From the NCBI GenBank assembly GCA_020434565.1, contig JAGRAO010000005.1, forward strand, positions 1 through 38,526: a stretch of 38,526 nucleotides of DNA, written 5' to 3'. Below the pieces are notes generated by a model. It was not told the DNA's origin. It made no database searches and saw only the letters and a list, made by a program, of their open reading frames with translations. The translations under genes were made by a program, and so were the position numbers. Below are positions 36,023-38,526 of the stretch, one piece after another. Position 1 is the stretch's first letter. Each line of letters opens with the position of its first letter. This stretch comes from Bdellovibrionales bacterium (lineage in GTDB: Bacteria; Bdellovibrionota_C; UBA2361; RFPC01).

Positions 36023-38266
36023 TTGGAAGTTACATCTGATTCTAAACTATCCGCTCAACGTCGCTTGGTTCAAACTACCGGGTGGCTTGCTCTGGTGGTC
36101 GGGTACTTTTTTATCCTCTCTGGTCCGGTCGGCTTCTGGAGTCATTCGACCGTGGTCATCCAACACGGAGGAAAAGTCGGAGCTGTCCTCCTGGCGATCG
36201 GGGCGCTTCTCTTTGTGGTACAAAGACACAGCATCCTCCATGATCCAGTACCTGTGACCTTGCTGGGGCTCACCCTCAGTCTCTTTTTCTTCTCCGGCTG
36301 GCATGAGTACAGCTACAATTTGATTCAAGGGCCTACGACTCGGGGCGAACTCCTTTTCTTCGGATTCTGTGGATTCTGTATCGCAAAATGGAGTCCTCCG
36401 AAGCTCCAAACACTTCTCTTCTTTACCCTTGGTTCTCTCGCCTTGTTGATTGGGATTTTTTTCCTTTCAAGCAGAGGCGAGATCCTCTTTTCAGACGATA
36501 ACCCGACATTTCTTTACCGTCTGATCCTTCTGAACCAGAATTTTCCGTTTATTCCGTTCTACAATCCCTTGTGGAACGCCGGGATGGAAGCTCGAGACTT
36601 TTTCGCTACCGGGGCCCTTAATGTTTACTTACTCAGCACCCCTCTCCTGGTCTTCTTGGAACCTCAGACTCTCTACCGTTTTATTCATCCAACCTTGCTC
36701 TTTCTCTTTCTCCCAATTTGCATCTATTACGCCGCTCGACTCTTTGAACTCCCAAAGTCGTCAGCACTTCTCTCGTCTGTTCTCGCAGTAGCAGGGAATC
36801 TCGCATGGTACCGATGGTCGCTCCAATACGGAACTCTCGGGTTTGTCACGAGCAGCGCGCTTGTGCCTCTCGTGCTCGGAGTAGTCTATCGCTTCTTGAG
36901 TACCGACATTCGACTACCGTTGGCAGTCGCGGCAGTTTTTCTCACAACACTCATGTTGTTTTGGACACCTACTGGCCTGATTTTTGTACCTGCATTTTTG
37001 ATCGGACTTACCCTTCTGCCAAAACTGCTTCGTAAGACCTATTTCGTGCCTGTAATTGTTGTACTCGCCCTTCTCAACCTGCCCTGGATCGTGCTTTTCT
37101 GGTCGGCCTCTGGTGTAGGTTCATTTCTTTCATCAGAGGCGCCGAGCTTCGCTCAACAGGCGGAAATGGCAGAAGCCAGTCAGCTCTCCGACGCTCCCAA
37201 GAAGAGCCCTCCTTCCTCCTCTCACAAATCGTATAAAACCAAAAAAGAACCTCTTTCATTGCGGGGGATCTTTCGACTTATTCGTGAGGCGGCTGTTCCG
37301 ACCAATCCACTCATTCTTCTCTTTGGGGCCGTGGGAATACTTTTGCTTCGACCACTGGCGCGCCTGACATATCTATTTACGGGAACGTGGCTCGTCTTTC
37401 TCGGAGGGGTGATAGCACTTTTGAAACCTCAGCTCGAGCTCGATCGAATGCTCGTGATCCTCACGCTTCTCTTGAGCATCCCAGCCGGTGCAGTTTTTGG
37501 AGTACTGTGGGAGGAAAGAGCCGGGCTCTGGAGGAAGGTTGGTTTCGGAATCGCCTTCGCTTACCTCGTCGTTGGACTACTTTCTGTTGGCAGTATCCTC
37601 CTCGCACGGACACGAATTCCTATTTACTTCGAGGAACCGGAGGTAGTGAATCTCACGCGAGCAATTCAAGAGCATGCGAGAGAAGGAAGGGTTTTATTCT
37701 CCGGGTTTGTTCTTCACGAACTCAGTCACGGACACGTTGCTCCCTTAGCGGGCTTTACAGGAGTCCCACTCATGGCTTCGAGTCCAGTGCATAGCCTGTG
37801 GCGATATCAGCAGATTTTTCCCGCGGAATTCCTTCACCGAGGAGAGAAGGGAATCCTTGAGTATCTCGGCCTTTTCAATGTCTCAGCTGTTACAGCTCAC
37901 GAAAGATACTGGAAAGAATATTTTCTCGATCGACCAGACTTCTTTCACCTCGAATGGAAAGGTAAGCGATTCTGGCTCTTCTCGGTAACTCAGTTTCAAG
38001 ACTCATATTTTTTTACTGGATCCGGTAGGGTCCTTTTTCAGAACTCCTCCAGTATTCGTGTAAGAATAGATTCTCCATCAGCGGTGCTTAAGTTTCGGTA
38101 TCTCCCCTTTCTTACCTCCACAGGTTGCCAACTGCGGGAAAAGGACGTTTCTCCTTCGGTATCCTTTGTGGAACTTTTTGATTGTCGACCGGGAGAAACG
38201 GTTGAGATTCGAGCTCTTGATCCGATTCACAGGCTTTCGTCTTTCATGGAGAAATCAGGCCGATGA
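36023..38266 (+). CDS. Large polytopic membrane protein (>=12 TM; GT-C/YfhO-like glycosyltransferase-fold candidate) with ~250-aa C-terminal soluble domain
   Basis: Continuous 747-codon ORF, TTG at the track start. No internal ATG for ~190 codons, so the start is uncertain. There are many hydrophobic helices. Its stop overlaps the next gene's start (ATGA). Confidence 0.55.
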   Translation: MEVTSDSKLSAQRRLVQTTGWLALVVGYFFILSGPVGFWSHSTVVIQHGGKVGAVLLAIGALLFVVQRHSILHDPVPVTLLGLTLSLFFFSGWHEYSYNLIQGPTTRGELLFFGFCGFCIAKWSPPKLQTLLFFTLGSLALLIGIFFLSSRGEILFSDDNPTFLYRLILLNQNFPFIPFYNPLWNAGMEARDFFATGALNVYLLSTPLLVFLEPQTLYRFIHPTLLFLFLPICIYYAARLFELPKSSALLSSVLAVAGNLAWYRWSLQYGTLGFVTSSALVPLVLGVVYRFLSTDIRLPLAVAAVFLTTLMLFWTPTGLIFVPAFLIGLTLLPKLLRKTYFVPVIVVLALLNLPWIVLFWSASGVGSFLSSEAPSFAQQAEMAEASQLSDAPKKSPPSSSHKSYKTKKEPLSLRGIFRLIREAAVPTNPLILLFGAVGILLLRPLARLTYLFTGTWLVFLGGVIALLKPQLELDRMLVILTLLLSIPAGAVFGVLWEERAGLWRKVGFGIAFAYLVVGLLSVGSILLARTRIPIYFEEPEVVNLTRAIQEHAREGRVLFSGFVLHELSHGHVAPLAGFTGVPLMASSPVHSLWRYQQIFPAEFLHRGEKGILEYLGLFNVSAVTAHERYWKEYFLDRPDFFHLEWKGKRFWLFSVTQFQDSYFFTGSGRVLFQNSSSIRVRIDSPSAVLKFRYLPFLTSTGCQLREKDVSPSVSFVELFDCRPGETVEIRALDPIHRLSSFMEKSGR

Positions 38267-38526
38267 AAGTCTTTCTTCATACAGCCTCGCTGCTAGCCCT
38301 TGTTATCATGATCGGGGTCATTTCAGTTTCTCCTGCTGGTTCAATTACCTCACTCAGTGGGGTGCACGGCTGCTCAAGTTCTCTTCATCTCCTCTCGAAT
38401 GCATTTCTGTGTATCTCTGCACTTCCGGAGTTCCTCGCGGCTGAGTTTCAACCGTCTGGTTCTCCAGTCGCATCTCAAATTTTCGTTGGTTGTTTTGAGC
38501 TCCTGATTTTTTTTACTGGCCTCTCT
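38263..38526 (+). CDS. Hypothetical secreted/membrane protein, partial (runs off window end), translationally coupled to upstream gene
   Basis: ATG at 38263-38265 overlaps the TGA of the previous gene. It reads MKVFLHTASLLALVIMIGVISVSPAGS... (signal peptide). The frame stays open to 38526. Confidence 0.45.
   Translation, partial: MKVFLHTASLLALVIMIGVISVSPAGSITSLSGVHGCSSSLHLLSNAFLCISALPEFLAAEFQPSGSPVASQIFVGCFELLIFFTGLS

Noticed and set aside
1-38526. Search for CRISPR arrays, integrases/transposases, toxin-antitoxin pairs and rRNA
   Set aside because: None were found. There are no regularly spaced short repeats, no recombinase-like ORFs and no rRNA-like segments. The only tandem repeat is the tRNA-like unit at 16087-16525.

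Overview
The window is a 38.5-kb chromosomal segment of a diderm (Gram-negative-type) bacterium, about 50% GC, densely coding on both strands. I found no integrase, transposase, CRISPR array or rRNA.

From left to right:
- Three small envelope genes: a glycine-zipper lipoprotein, a small lipoprotein and a small secreted protein.
- A minus-strand nfeD-flotillin operon that appears to extend into three unknown genes: a coiled-coil membrane protein, a secreted protein and a catalytically degenerate LMW-PTP-fold protein. Two operator-like palindromes sit in its promoter.
- lspA overlapping an upstream beta-propeller lipoprotein gene.
- A DEAD-box-like protein whose ATPase motifs are all eroded but which keeps a DbpA-type RNA-binding domain and an Arg/Asp-rich tail.
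- mltD (LysM lytic transglycosylase), a PBP4-type D-Ala-D-Ala carboxypeptidase and a 7Fe ferredoxin.
- tRNA-Cys(GCA), followed by two tandem ~135-bp tRNA-like structured repeats that reuse the tRNA 3' end and its T-tract.
- A sigma-70 family factor, xseB, xseA, and a membrane/Zn-ribbon protein.
- A lipoyl-domain E2 acyltransferase followed by lipA.
- A 1,895-aa single ORF that fuses a TamB-like inner-membrane-anchored periplasm-spanning protein to a full POTRA + Omp85/BamA-like beta-barrel. This is the most unusual item in the window.
- A GT9 heptosyltransferase-GT2 glycosyltransferase fusion, an unknown protein, a SAM-methyltransferase-like gene, and a 2TM-RCK K+ channel with a non-canonical filter.
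- A large polytopic membrane protein translationally coupled to a partial downstream gene.

The first M of each ORF-track entry can be a GTG or TTG; I adjusted starts where an RBS or homology supported a different codon.
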